Position numbers and translations under genes: made by a program. Source: Gammaproteobacteria bacterium (GTDB lineage: Bacteria; Pseudomonadota; Gammaproteobacteria; Arenicellales; Poriferihabitantaceae). From it: DNA of 51,427 nt. The notes below the pieces were generated by a model that worked only from the letters and a program-made list of their open reading frames with translations, was not told where the DNA came from and did not search any database. The DNA lies in contig JAALKB010000006.1 of the NCBI GenBank assembly GCA_011088265.1, positions 1-51,427 of the forward strand. The letters are read 5' to 3'. Within the stretch, counting starts at the first letter, position 1; every line of letters starts with the position of its first letter. Positions 9,965 through 20,520 of the stretch are shown piece after piece.

Positions 9965-12556
9965 TCAGTCAGGTGATTTCACCCATTCGTGAACCCGACT
10001 CTCAATTTGCGCCAGACCTTCAGCATTACCACCTCCACCCTGAGCCAATGTTGGTTTCCCACCTCCCTTTCCACCAACCAGCGCTGCCAAAATCTTAATC
10101 AGTTCCCCAGCATGGTATCTATCGCAAAGGTCATCGGTAACCCCACCAATAAGCGTCACTTTCCCGTCATTTTCACCACAAACCAGAACAACGCCAGTTT
10201 TCAATTTTTCTTTCCATTGATCTACCGCCATTCTTAACGATTTTACATCTGTATTATCCTGTCGAATCACTACCACTTTGATTCCTGCCACCTCTCTTAC
10301 AAGATCAGAAGCAGTATTACCCGACGTAGCTAATCTGGTTTGCAAAAAATGAATCTGCTGCTGCTGTTCTTTTTGTTGGGCTAAGAGGCCAGATATCCGC
10401 CCAACCAGCTCCTCTGGTCGTGTCTTTAATATTCCTGAGGCCTGATTCAGAATTCCGGTCTGGGAAACAATATATGTCTCTGCCGCTTCGCCGGTCATTG
10501 CTTCTATTCGACGAACGCCTGCCGCAATTCCTGTTTCATTAACAATCTTGAAAAAACCAATATCGCCGGTCTGATTAACGTGGGTTCCGCCGCATAATTC
10601 GAATGAACGCCCTCCCATTTTTATTACCCTGACATCCGCACTGTATTTCTCCCCGAAAAGTGCTTCAGCTCCCGCCGCCTTTGCATCATCCAGCTTCATT
10701 TGGTTCTCGGATACAACATGATTCTCACGGATATACTGATTTACTAACTGCTCGATATCACCTAATTCACCATCGGTAATCGGTTCAAAATGGGAAAAAT
10801 CAAAACGCAATCGATTCGAATCAACCAGAGATCCCTTTTGCTGCACATGCTCCCCCAGTACAGACTTCAAAGAAGCATGCAGCAAATGAGTGGCAGAATG
10901 GTTATTTTTCGTCATATTGCGAATCGACGAATCTACCTGGGCGTCACCCTCTTCCTGAATTCGAATGGAGCCCTGGGCGATGCCAAAGTGCCCTATTACC
11001 TTATTTGCCAGATATTGGGTATTTGTCACCTGGAAAACACCCAGAGGGAAAACGATCCTTCCAGTATCACCTACCTGCCCGCCACTTTCGGCACAAAACG
11101 GTGTTTCGTTAGCAACAAGAATACCGGTATCTCCATCTTTTAATTCGGAGACCTGATCCTCATCCTTGATCAGCGCCTGAATCGTCGTATTTCCATTTAA
11201 CTCATGGTAGCCGATGAATGTGGATGGCGAAACACCGTCGATCCTGACTGCTGCTCCTTGTACAAATTGACTAGCGGCGCGGGCGCGGGCGCGCTGCTGC
11301 TCCATTGCCTTGTCGAACCCTGCTGAGTCAGTTCGTAGATTTCTCTCCCTTGCCACATCCGCAGTCAAGTCTGAAGGGAATCCAAAGGTATCATACAGTT
11401 TGAAAACCACATCACCAGGAATCACATCCCCATCCAGCAAATCTATTTCCTGATCAAGGATTTTTAGCCCTGACTCTAATGTCTCGTTGAACTTTTCATT
11501 TTCATTAGAAAGTATTTTTTCGATTAGTGAACTTTTTTGTTTAAGCTCGGGGTAGGCATCCCCCATCTCTTTAACTAGAGGTTGCACTAGTTGGTGAAGA
11601 AATGCGTCCCTGCACCCAAGATGGTAACCATGACGTACGGCTCGTCGAATGATTCGCCTAAGGACATAACCCCGACCTTCATTCGAAGGTGTCACTCCAT
11701 CCACGATGAGAAATGACGTTGATCGGATATGGTCGGCAATCACCCGCAATGATTTATTGTCGAGGTCAGTTGAGCCTATCACCTGGGCCGTTTTGTGAAT
11801 AAGATTTTGAAACATATCTGTTTCATAATTACTGTGCACCCCCTGTAAAACTGCCGCAATACGCTCCAACCCCATCCCGGTATCTACTGATGGTTTCGGC
11901 AGTGGTTCAAGTTTTCCATCGGTACTGCGGTTGTATTGCATAAATACCAAATTCCATATCTCAACAAACCTGTCACCATCCTCTTCTGGCGTGCCAGGAG
12001 GACCTCCCTCTACATCAGGACCATGATCAAAAAAGATCTCAGAACACGGACCACAAGGTCCGGTATCGCCCATTTGCCAAAAGTTATCTTTCGCTCCTAT
12101 TCTGGTAACCCGCTCCGCTGGAACGCCAATGTCCTTAATCCAGATTTCTGCCGCTTCATCATCTTCTTCGAATACAGTAATCCACAATTTTTCTGCTGGA
12201 ATACCAAATTCCCCCGTAAGCAGTTGCCAGGCGAAATGGATTGCATCATGCTTAAAATAGTCACCAAAACTAAAATTACCCAACATTTCAAAGAAGGTAT
12301 GATGCCTGGCGGTATAGCCTACATTTTCAAGATCATTGTGCTTGCCACCAGCTCTTACACAGCGTTGCGAGGTTACGGCTCGATGGTAACCCCTGGTCTC
12401 ATCGCCCAGAAACACATCCTTGAACTGCACCATGCCCGCGTTCGTAAAAAGCAACGTGGCATCATTGCCGGGGACCAACGAGCTGCTGGGAACAGGCTCG
12501 TGCTGTTTCCCGGTAAAATAATCAATAAATTTTTGCCTAATCTCGGTTGTTTTCAT
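9965..12556 (-). CDS. alaS: Alanine--tRNA ligase
   Basis: LLFTNAGMVQFK, RHHTFFEMLGNFSFGDYFK, DTGMGLER, editing HxxxH (HSATH) and ELCGGTH, and a C-terminal GGKGGG. Confidence 0.98.
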   Translation of the reverse strand: MKTTEIRQKFIDYFTGKQHEPVPSSSLVPGNDATLLFTNAGMVQFKDVFLGDETRGYHRAVTSQRCVRAGGKHNDLENVGYTARHHTFFEMLGNFSFGDYFKHDAIHFAWQLLTGEFGIPAEKLWITVFEEDDEAAEIWIKDIGVPAERVTRIGAKDNFWQMGDTGPCGPCSEIFFDHGPDVEGGPPGTPEEDGDRFVEIWNLVFMQYNRSTDGKLEPLPKPSVDTGMGLERIAAVLQGVHSNYETDMFQNLIHKTAQVIGSTDLDNKSLRVIADHIRSTSFLIVDGVTPSNEGRGYVLRRIIRRAVRHGYHLGCRDAFLHQLVQPLVKEMGDAYPELKQKSSLIEKILSNENEKFNETLESGLKILDQEIDLLDGDVIPGDVVFKLYDTFGFPSDLTADVARERNLRTDSAGFDKAMEQQRARARAASQFVQGAAVRIDGVSPSTFIGYHELNGNTTIQALIKDEDQVSELKDGDTGILVANETPFCAESGGQVGDTGRIVFPLGVFQVTNTQYLANKVIGHFGIAQGSIRIQEEGDAQVDSSIRNMTKNNHSATHLLHASLKSVLGEHVQQKGSLVDSNRLRFDFSHFEPITDGELGDIEQLVNQYIRENHVVSENQMKLDDAKAAGAEALFGEKYSADVRVIKMGGRSFELCGGTHVNQTGDIGFFKIVNETGIAAGVRRIEAMTGEAAETYIVSQTGILNQASGILKTRPEELVGRISGLLAQQKEQQQQIHFLQTRLATSGNTASDLVREVAGIKVVVIRQDNTDVKSLRMAVDQWKEKLKTGVVLVCGENDGKVTLIGGVTDDLCDRYHAGELIKILAALVGGKGGGKPTLAQGGGGNAEGLAQIESRVHEWVKSPD

Positions 12557-12629
12557 TTTCAATCGTTAATTAAAATCTTCCATGATTTTTTGATGAGACG
12601 CGGATAGCGGGTCGCAAATCCGAATAAAG

Positions 12630-13103
12630 CTACTCGGTGAAATCACCAAAGTGCGAAGCATTAAATCCTCGTTGCTGTAAAAATCGTGCCTGTCTGACCC
12701 ATTCACGGTAGCTACCCACAGGACTTTTGCCAAATTTTTTTTCTCTAACCTGTTTCGCCAACAGCGCCCACTCACCCTCATAGGGACCCATCACAGCGTC
12801 AACGATGGAAGAAGAAATCTGATTCTGACCCAGTTCATACAGAATCTTCACTGGCCCTTTCCCCTGATTAAACCTTGAGCGACATAGCATTTCGGCGTAA
12901 CGGGAATCCGACTGCATATTGTTTTTAATTAGCTCATCGATCAGTCGATCAACCAATGATTCAGATGCCAGGGGATAGAGTTTGCTACGCAATTCAAATT
13001 CACTATATTCACGCCGGGCAAGTAAACTGAAGGCACGCTGGCGAATTCGATTATATATAGCTGTCTCGGACTCCAAATAATCTTTGCTCAGCTCAGCAGA
13101 CAT
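12630..13103 (-). CDS. recX: Regulatory protein RecX
   Basis: LLARREYS..EL..KL, QSD.RYAE, GKGP..I and RFLQQRGF. Immediately downstream of recA. Confidence 0.93.
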   Translation of the reverse strand: MSAELSKDYLESETAIYNRIRQRAFSLLARREYSEFELRSKLYPLASESLVDRLIDELIKNNMQSDSRYAEMLCRSRFNQGKGPVKILYELGQNQISSSIVDAVMGPYEGEWALLAKQVREKKFGKSPVGSYREWVRQARFLQQRGFNASHFGDFTE

Positions 13104-13206
13104 TTTATCTTTCTAAATCACCTCGCGAAAATAAATACTGGAATACAGGCAGAGCAAATATCACACTAATGAAAAAAATCATAAATTAGACACAGGGAAA
13201 TTTAAA

Positions 13207-14235
13207 TCACTCTTCCGTCCCTGGCTGCACTTCATGCTCAGGGGTTAACAAGCCCTTTTTCTCGCGAATAGTTCGTTCAATCTCTTCCGCCATTTGAATA
13301 TTTTCTTTTAAAAATTCTCTGACATTGTCTCGCCCCTGTCCGATACGATCAGAACCGTAGCTATACCAGGCACCAGATTTTTCCACGGCTCCCACTTCAA
13401 CACCCAGGTCTATCAATTCGCCATGTTTTGAAATACCCTGGTTATAGAGAATATCGAACTCTGTTTGTTTGAATGGAGGAGCCACCTTATTCTTGACCAC
13501 TTTAACCCGGGTTTGGTTGCCAAGAATTTCGTCGCCTTTTTTAATCGCTCCTATACGACGTATATCCAACCGAATCGATGAATAAAATTTCAGCGCATTG
13601 CCACCCGTGGTAGTTTCCGGATTTCCGAACATCACTCCTATTTTCATTCTAATTTGATTGATAAATATCACCATGGTATTCGAGCGCTTAATATTACCGG
13701 TCAGCTTCCTCAGCGCCTGCGACATTAAACGGGCTTGTAGGCCAACGTGGGTATCACCCATGTCACCTTCTATTTCTGCTTTTGGAGTCAATGCTGCAAC
13801 GGAGTCGACGACGACGACATCTACTGCCGCAGAACGAACCAGCATATCCGCAATCTCCAGTGCCTGCTCCCCAGTGTCGGGTTGTGAAACCAGAAGGTCG
13901 TCAATATTGACACCGAGTTTTGCTGCATAACCAGGGTCGAGTGCATGCTCTGCGTCAATGAAAGCTGCTGTGCCTCCTTTTTTCTGGGCTTCTGCTATAA
14001 CGGATAGAGTCAGTGTCGTCTTACCCGAAGACTCCGGGCCATAGACTTCAACCACTCGTCCCCTTGGTAACCCTCCAACCCCTAGGGCGATGTCTAGCCC
14101 GATAGATCCCGTAGAATAAACTTCGATATCTTTGGAGATTGAAGAATCTCCCAGTCTCATTACGGAGCCTTTACCAAACTGCCGATCTATCTGCCCAAGT
14201 GCGGCATCAAGTGCTTTACGCTTGTTATCATCCAT
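13207..14235 (-). CDS. recA: Recombinase RecA
   Basis: [46 protein letters not shown] and [12 protein letters not shown]. Confidence 0.99.
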   Translation of the reverse strand: MDDNKRKALDAALGQIDRQFGKGSVMRLGDSSISKDIEVYSTGSIGLDIALGVGGLPRGRVVEVYGPESSGKTTLTLSVIAEAQKKGGTAAFIDAEHALDPGYAAKLGVNIDDLLVSQPDTGEQALEIADMLVRSAAVDVVVVDSVAALTPKAEIEGDMGDTHVGLQARLMSQALRKLTGNIKRSNTMVIFINQIRMKIGVMFGNPETTTGGNALKFYSSIRLDIRRIGAIKKGDEILGNQTRVKVVKNKVAPPFKQTEFDILYNQGISKHGELIDLGVEVGAVEKSGAWYSYGSDRIGQGRDNVREFLKENIQMAEEIERTIREKKGLLTPEHEVQPGTEE

Positions 14236-14858
14236 TTATGACTATCTCTTTTCGTCTAGGTTAGATTTTACGGGGTACGGAACGGCGACCAACCTTTTTC
14301 ACCTTATGGTCTCTCGCACTGGTTTTTTGGGGCGCATTCCAGTTACTCTCAGGACACAAACCACTTCAGCCCCTCTATATTGGGAATTACGTCCTGGGCT
14401 ACCTTATAAACATAAAATTCCTATAAACATCTTTTTGTGAATCAGCCAGGACACGGATTGAATTCACACCTTGCCCGCTGGAAGCGGAAATTGGTGATAA
14501 AAACTTTTCCAGGCATGGCACAAGGCACTGATGTTTGTAGGCTTTGTAGGCCTGTGGTTTGCGATTCTGGTTTCAAATGTGTCCAGAACCACCGTCCCAT
14601 AATTCTGCATCCCGGAATCACTGTCCGGTGAACGTTTTGCTTCCCAATATTTGATGATCGGATTATCCCATAACCCACCTGAATCCACTAGCCCAGAGCG
14701 CTCATTGCCCGCAAGGTAACGAACCAGATGATGCCAGAGAATCCATGGAGCCACGTGATTGGAAAAGCTGAATACCCATTGGCATATTTGGGGATACATT
14801 GATCGAAGAAATCCGGCAAAATATGATGCTATTCAATTTCGAAGTGATAACTTAGATC

Positions 14859-15704
14859 ATGTCCTCTGATTCCAAAAGAAAGCAACAAAAAAAAAGTAGC
14901 AACGCCGGAGCGACCATTGCCCAACTCGCGGATCGCCATGAGTATTATGAAAAAGCCGTACAATGTGTGGAAGCAGAAATTGATATTGTTGATGAAACCT
15001 ATAAATCAATTCGTGGCAAGCGAGCGAAACGGCTAAGGGAGGATTTTTGCGGTACGGCAAACACCAGTTGCGAGTGGATAAGACGAAGAAAAACCAATTC
15101 AGCAATAGGGCTTGACCTCGATCAAAGCGTCCTCGACTGGGGAATAGCTAACAACCTGTCAAAGTTGAACCAGCAACAACGGGATCGGATCATACTAAAA
15201 AATAGTAATGTATTGATCGGACACGACGACCTCGTGGATGCCATACTCGCAATGAACTTTAGCTACCAATTGTTTAAAACAAGAGACCAATTAAGACAGT
15301 ATTTTTCAATTGCCCGGGAAGGACTAAAGCCAGATGGTCTATTTTTTATTGATGCCTATGGCGGCTACGAGTCTTATAAAACAGTGAAAGAAAAAACAAA
15401 ATACGACAATTTCACCTATTATTGGCATCAAAAAAAATATAACCCTATCACTGGAGATATGCTTTGTCATATTCATTTCAAGTTCAGAGACGGTTCAAAA
15501 ATGAAAAAAGCGTTTACCTATGACTGGCGACTTTGGACTTTGCCCGAACTAAGAGAAATTCTGCAGGAAGCCGGTTTTACAAAGTCCACTGTATACTGGG
15601 AGGGCACCGACGAAGAAAGCGGCGAAGGTAACGGAAAATACTCTCCCACTGAGAAAGGTGACGATGATCCGAGCTGGATAGCCTATGTGGTCGCCGAAAA
15701 GTAG
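14859..15704 (+). CDS. Class I SAM-dependent methyltransferase of unknown substrate
   Basis: Motif I-like LREDFCGTA, acidic motif II GLDLD, AMNFSY, LKPDGLFFID and FTYDWRLWTLPE..EIL.EAGF. Confidence 0.8.
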   Translation: MSSDSKRKQQKKSSNAGATIAQLADRHEYYEKAVQCVEAEIDIVDETYKSIRGKRAKRLREDFCGTANTSCEWIRRRKTNSAIGLDLDQSVLDWGIANNLSKLNQQQRDRIILKNSNVLIGHDDLVDAILAMNFSYQLFKTRDQLRQYFSIAREGLKPDGLFFIDAYGGYESYKTVKEKTKYDNFTYYWHQKKYNPITGDMLCHIHFKFRDGSKMKKAFTYDWRLWTLPELREILQEAGFTKSTVYWEGTDEESGEGNGKYSPTEKGDDDPSWIAYVVAEK

Positions 15705-15817
15705 CACTCCAAACACATTTCCAGGAGTCGGTCTTCCTCGAATCGCAATCGGTTCCAAAGGACTTTCTCAGGCCCTGGAGTATTATTCAAAATTTCATTT
15801 TATCTAAAAGTCTACCT

Positions 15818-16846
15818 ATGAAAATCGTCCACAATGAAGATCATCGACTGCATTTCCCAAAAGGAGAATTATCTGGTGGAGAATTAGTCAGACCTTATGA
15901 ATGCCCGGAGCGATGGGACTACATTGTCCAGTCCCTGGAGCAAAACGGTTTTAACGACCACCGTTCCCCCGGCACCATTGATATGACAACCGTGAAACAG
16001 ATACACGCACCTGAGTTTTTGAGGTTTCTTGAAAATGCCTGGAACTTATGGGAAAAAGAGGGATTTGCCGGAGAAGCCATTCCCACAGTAGTGCCGGCAC
16101 GTCGAATGCAGCAGCGTGAACCGGAGCACATCGATGGCAAGTTAGGGTACTTTTGCATGGCCATTGAAACAGCCATTACCTCTGGAACCTGGCAGGCCGC
16201 GAAGTCATCCGCTGCCATTGCCCAAACCGCACAAAAGCTAATCAGTGAGAATGAATCCAGCGCTTTCGCCCTTTGCCGGCCCCCGGGACATCACGCTGCT
16301 TCAGATCTTTATGGTGGATATTGTTTTCTTAACAATGCAGCGATCGCTGCCCAGGGATTTTTAAACGATGGCTGTAAAAGAGTTGCTATTCTCGATGTGG
16401 ATTTCCATCATGGAAATGGCACCCAGGATATCTTTTACCAGCGAGATGACGTATTGTTTCTATCACTGCACGGCGACCCAAGGCAGGCCTTTCCTCACTT
16501 TTTAGGCTATGCCGATGAAAAAGGAACAGGAGCCGGAGAGGGTTTTAATTTCAACTACCCCATGCCACCACTAACAACTTATGATAAATGGAAACAGGCG
16601 CTGGTAAGCGCCTGCGACCAAATCACCCGCTATGCTCCGGACGCACTAGTGATTTCCCTGGGGGTAGATACCTTTGAAAACGACCCAATCAGCTTTTTTA
16701 AATTGAAGTCCGGGGATTACCTGGATTACGGAAGTTTACTGGGGAAAATTGGATTACCAAGCCTGTTTGTCATGGAGGGAGGATATGCGGTAGAGGAAAT
16801 TGGTGTTAATACAACCAATGTGCTCCTGGGGTTTTTAAACTCATGA
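15818..16846 (+). CDS. aphA: Acetylpolyamine amidohydrolase (Zn-dependent histone-deacetylase family)
   Basis: RPPGHHA, GYCFLNNAA, Zn ligands LDVDFHHGNGTQ and SLGVDT, catalytic EGGY. The N-terminal EDH...EL.GGELV.P.E and the length match the Mycoplana-type APAH as I recall it. Confidence 0.88.
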   Translation: MKIVHNEDHRLHFPKGELSGGELVRPYECPERWDYIVQSLEQNGFNDHRSPGTIDMTTVKQIHAPEFLRFLENAWNLWEKEGFAGEAIPTVVPARRMQQREPEHIDGKLGYFCMAIETAITSGTWQAAKSSAAIAQTAQKLISENESSAFALCRPPGHHAASDLYGGYCFLNNAAIAAQGFLNDGCKRVAILDVDFHHGNGTQDIFYQRDDVLFLSLHGDPRQAFPHFLGYADEKGTGAGEGFNFNYPMPPLTTYDKWKQALVSACDQITRYAPDALVISLGVDTFENDPISFFKLKSGDYLDYGSLLGKIGLPSLFVMEGGYAVEEIGVNTTNVLLGFLNS

Positions 16847-16910
16847 GCAGGCATGCTGCCAAATAGGCCAAATAGAATGACTACAAAACATAGCGAGCAA
16901 CAAAAACCCC

Positions 16911-18992
16911 ATGACTAAAAGAGACAGCCGCTACGACATCCTTTTTGAACCTATGGACATCGGTCCTGTAACGGCGAAAAATCGTTTTTTCCAGGTTCCT
17001 CATTGCAATGGAGGTGGCTACCGGGATCCATCCTCAGTGGCCAAAATGCGGAATATAAAAGCGGAAGGAGGGTGGGCAGTTATTAATACGGAGCAGGCGG
17101 AAATTCATGCTACTTCTGAAATTACACCATTCATTGAACTGAGAATTTGGGACGATAACGACCTACCCATGTTGCGTCGTATTACTGATGCCATTCACGA
17201 ACATGATGCTCTGGCTGGAATTGAACTATGCTACAACGGGATGAACGGCCCTAATTTGCATTCAAGGGAAGTGCCTATGGGTCCCATGGCAGTGCCCATT
17301 GCCACATTTACCAATGATCCGATTCAGGCGAAAGCCATGAATAAACGTGACATAAAAAACCTAAGACACTGGCATAGAAATGCAGCAATTCGAGCCAAAC
17401 GCGCGGGCTTCGATCTCGTTTACGTCTATGGGGCGCACGGTTTTGGCGCTGTTCAACATTTTCTATCCCGACACACCAATCAAAGAACAGACGAATACGG
17501 AGGCAGCCTTGAAAATAGAGCAAGACTACTAAGGGAACTCATCGAAGACACAAAAGATGCCATTGGAGACAGCTGCGCAGTGCCGGTTCGTATTCTTATT
17601 GACGAAATGATGGGAGACAGGGGCATTACCAACAACGAAATGAGAGACGTGGTTTCGATGCTATCGGAATTACCTGACCTATGGGATTTTACTCATGGGA
17701 ACTGGGCTGATGATTCCGCTACCGCCAGATTCAAAGATGAGGCCGCACAGGAAGAATATGTTAAAGGGTTCAAGCAGCTAACGTCAAAGCCAGTGGTCGG
17801 AGTGGGTCGGTTTACTTCTCCTGACACCATGGCAAGACAAATAAAATCTGAAATTCTGGACTTCATAGGATGTGCCCGCCCTTCCATTGCAGATCCATTT
17901 CTACCAAATAAAATCGCCGAAGGTCGATATGAGGACATACGGGAATGCATTGGATGCAATATCTGTGTAACTGGAGACATGACAGGAGCACTGAGTCGTT
18001 GCACCCAAAATCCAACTTTTATGGAAGAGTGGCGAAAGGATTGGCACCCAGAAAAAATGCAAGCCAAGGGCCGTTCAGAAAACGTACTCATTATCGGCTC
18101 TGGACCCGCTGGATTGGAGGCTGCTCGAGCTTTGGGGTTAAGAGGATATGAGGTCCTGCTTGCTGAAGCTGGCACAGAACCTGGTGGCAGGGTCACCCGG
18201 GAAAGCAAACTCCCGGGATTGGCCAGCTGGAGCCGGGTCAGGGACTATCGACAGGGCCAAATTGAAAAAATGCCCAATGTTAACGTTTACTTCGAAAGCC
18301 AACTCACCGCCAGCCAGGTATTGGAGTTTGGCTTTGAAAATATCGCTATCGCAACCGGCGCACGGTGGCGTAATGACGGTATCGCCCGATATCACCTAAG
18401 CGCAATTTCTATCAATAAAGCCGCTTTTATCTACACTCCTGATGACATAATGAATGGCGAACTCCCGAATGGAAATATCCTCATCTATGATGATGATCAC
18501 TACTATATGGGCGGGGTTTTGGCAGAAACGCTCGTTAAAAATGGATGCAAGGTCACCCTTGTGACGCCCGCGACCAGAGTATCTGATTGGACAATCAATA
18601 CACTAGAGCAGCATTTCATTCAAAAAAAATTACTCCGCCTCGGGGTTAAAATTATCACAACCCACGCTCTTTTAGCTGTCGAAACCGATCACTCGACGCT
18701 CGAATGCGTATACACGGGCGATACTCACACACTCGAAACGGATGGGGTTTTGATGGTAACCTGTCGAATATCGAACAACAAACTTGGAAATGATCTCGCC
18801 TCCTTCGAGTCCAGTTGGGCTAAATCGGGCATCAAATCAGTCAAGGTAATTGGTGATGCCGAGGCACCTGCCCCCATCGCCTGGGCGACCTATGCCGGAC
18901 ACCGATATGCACGGGAGTTAGACGAGATAATTGATTTACATACCCCTCAATTTAAACGTGAACTAGTCGGACTGTCACAAAATTGGAATTGA
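16911..18992 (+). CDS. Histamine-dehydrogenase-like iron-sulfur flavoprotein (TMADH/DMADH/HADH family)
   Basis: VPHC (6-S-cysteinyl-FMN Cys), KAEGGW, YGAHG, RTDEYGGSLENR, 4Fe-4S motif CIGCNIC-x11-C and ADP-binding IGSGPAGLE. It has TEQ and PFIELRIWD as in histamine dehydrogenase rather than the TEY of TMADH. Confidence 0.85.
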   Translation: MTKRDSRYDILFEPMDIGPVTAKNRFFQVPHCNGGGYRDPSSVAKMRNIKAEGGWAVINTEQAEIHATSEITPFIELRIWDDNDLPMLRRITDAIHEHDALAGIELCYNGMNGPNLHSREVPMGPMAVPIATFTNDPIQAKAMNKRDIKNLRHWHRNAAIRAKRAGFDLVYVYGAHGFGAVQHFLSRHTNQRTDEYGGSLENRARLLRELIEDTKDAIGDSCAVPVRILIDEMMGDRGITNNEMRDVVSMLSELPDLWDFTHGNWADDSATARFKDEAAQEEYVKGFKQLTSKPVVGVGRFTSPDTMARQIKSEILDFIGCARPSIADPFLPNKIAEGRYEDIRECIGCNICVTGDMTGALSRCTQNPTFMEEWRKDWHPEKMQAKGRSENVLIIGSGPAGLEAARALGLRGYEVLLAEAGTEPGGRVTRESKLPGLASWSRVRDYRQGQIEKMPNVNVYFESQLTASQVLEFGFENIAIATGARWRNDGIARYHLSAISINKAAFIYTPDDIMNGELPNGNILIYDDDHYYMGGVLAETLVKNGCKVTLVTPATRVSDWTINTLEQHFIQKKLLRLGVKIITTHALLAVETDHSTLECVYTGDTHTLETDGVLMVTCRISNNKLGNDLASFESSWAKSGIKSVKVIGDAEAPAPIAWATYAGHRYARELDEIIDLHTPQFKRELVGLSQNWN

Positions 18993-19069
18993 TTTGGAAC
19001 TGATGATGGGTAATTTTGTTTATTTTTACGAAAACACGTCGAATCTGGTTCGATTTTTGTATTTCTTCA

Positions 19070-19098
19070 TTCACACTTGCCTGCCTTTTTCATATAAT
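19070..19098 (+). promoter_or_regulatory. sigma70-type promoter for the coiled-coil gene
   Basis: TTCACA (19070-75), a 17-bp spacer and a perfect TATAAT (19093-98). RBS GAGGAG at 19124-29 precedes the GTG at 19136. Confidence 0.7.
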
Positions 19099-19135
19099 AC
19101 GCGCCTTAAATTTCAGCAGCCAAGAGGAGAACTGT

Positions 19136-19939
19136 GTGGATCAAGCCGAACTAGAGCTTAAAATTGATGTGTGGAAAAAGCTTGCGTTAAGCAAGCAAAT
19201 GCTTATTCGAGCAGCAACCGACAGTTTGGGATTGGACCCTGAAGTCAATATGGACGAATTCAGGAAAAAACTTGAAGATGCCATAGACAAAGGAAACACC
19301 GCCGACGAAAACATAGAGAAAACCAAACAGGAAGCAGCAACGGCTATTGAAGAGATGGCACAAAAGGTTGCCAAAATGGAAAAGGCCTGTAAGGAATCCG
19401 ATTTAGCGAGGGAACAGGCTATTCAAGATAAGGTAGCAATGGAGCATACCGTCGCAGCAGCGAGGGAAGGAAATGCTAACGAACTCAAAAAAGCCACAGC
19501 CCAAATTGGCGAGAAGGAAAAAGCGCTAAAAACGATAAAACTGGCATTGGCTGACAGTCCGGAAAATGTCGTCAGGAAGCTAAAGGCTTTAAAAAAAGAG
19601 AAATTTGACGAGTCAACAGCCCGTAAACGAGCCGAAGAAGAAGCTCGCGTCTTGAAAAAGGAGAAACAAACTCTCGAGGCAGAAAAGAAACAGCAACAAA
19701 AACAACTAGACGACAGTGTTAAACTGGCGGAACAGCATCGAACATTACACAGTTTTAGCCAATCCCAATTTGAAGCGCTAAGTGAATTAACCGAAGATAG
19801 CTCCGCCCTCGATTCAGTTCCGCCATTAGACGAAGAGCTGGTACAAACCATCGCTCCATCGGAGAAGGAGGAAGAAAAGGCAGGGAAAACAAAAGCGGCG
19901 AAAAAGAAGAAGAAAAAGAAACAGGCAGCAAAAAAGTAG
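19136..19939 (+). CDS. Hypothetical coiled-coil protein with a Lys-rich C-terminal tail
   Basis: Long open frame with E/K/A/Q-rich heptad-like composition, strong RBS and promoter. It ends KAGKTKAAKKKKKKKQAAKK with a double TAG stop. The GTG start at 19136 is preferred over the TTG at 19016. Confidence 0.85.
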   Translation: MDQAELELKIDVWKKLALSKQMLIRAATDSLGLDPEVNMDEFRKKLEDAIDKGNTADENIEKTKQEAATAIEEMAQKVAKMEKACKESDLAREQAIQDKVAMEHTVAAAREGNANELKKATAQIGEKEKALKTIKLALADSPENVVRKLKALKKEKFDESTARKRAEEEARVLKKEKQTLEAEKKQQQKQLDDSVKLAEQHRTLHSFSQSQFEALSELTEDSSALDSVPPLDEELVQTIAPSEKEEEKAGKTKAAKKKKKKKQAAKK

Positions 19940-20520
19940 TAGCACTATGTTACGCAGGCCGATGAGCAGCCAGAAAAAATCATTGGGTTTTGGCAAGGCT
20001 CGGGCTTGTAACAAAAGAGTCTGGCTGGAATCAGAATCCGCTACCTAATCGATCATTATACCCAGTTAGGTGTAGAAGTTCAGGCCACTCTTATCTTTCT
20101 CCCCGCCCGGTTTGGATAATGGGAGTTAGTTTTTTTCCCCTGACAGTATTAGTATTTCCCCTGAGTTGAATAAGTTACTAAAAACCAGGTAATACTCCTG
20201 TTTTTATGACGTTCTCAGCCTAAGTATCAAAACCCTACAAGCAATCATCTCCCCAATCTCTCATACCTATATTCGGAGTAAAACTGACCTTCTCTTCGAA
20301 AGGAAAACCCCCATCCCACCACGGGACCTCCCAAATAAGAACGTCCAGGGAAAACACAGCTGGGAAAAGTATGCCCGAATCAATGAACGAATGAAGCGTG
20401 TGATCCCCATAGAATACAAGACCCATGGGGTTGATGGATAACGAACAACCCCCGTTAGGTAGCGGAATTCGTTAACCCGGAGGTTGTTTATTTTTCCGTT
20501 CTGGATGTCTATTCATGGCA

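Noticed and set aside
14442-14799. 111-aa and 78-aa - strand ORFs upstream of recA
   Set aside because: No recognisable family (not CinA), atypical composition, and overlapping alternative frames of similar weakness.
16911-18992. Calling the flavoprotein trimethylamine dehydrogenase feeding formaldehyde to Fhs/FDH
   Set aside because: It has Gln instead of the TMADH Tyr in the TE(Y/Q) motif and histamine-dehydrogenase-like segments. Dimethylamine activity is not excluded, but TMADH is not supported.
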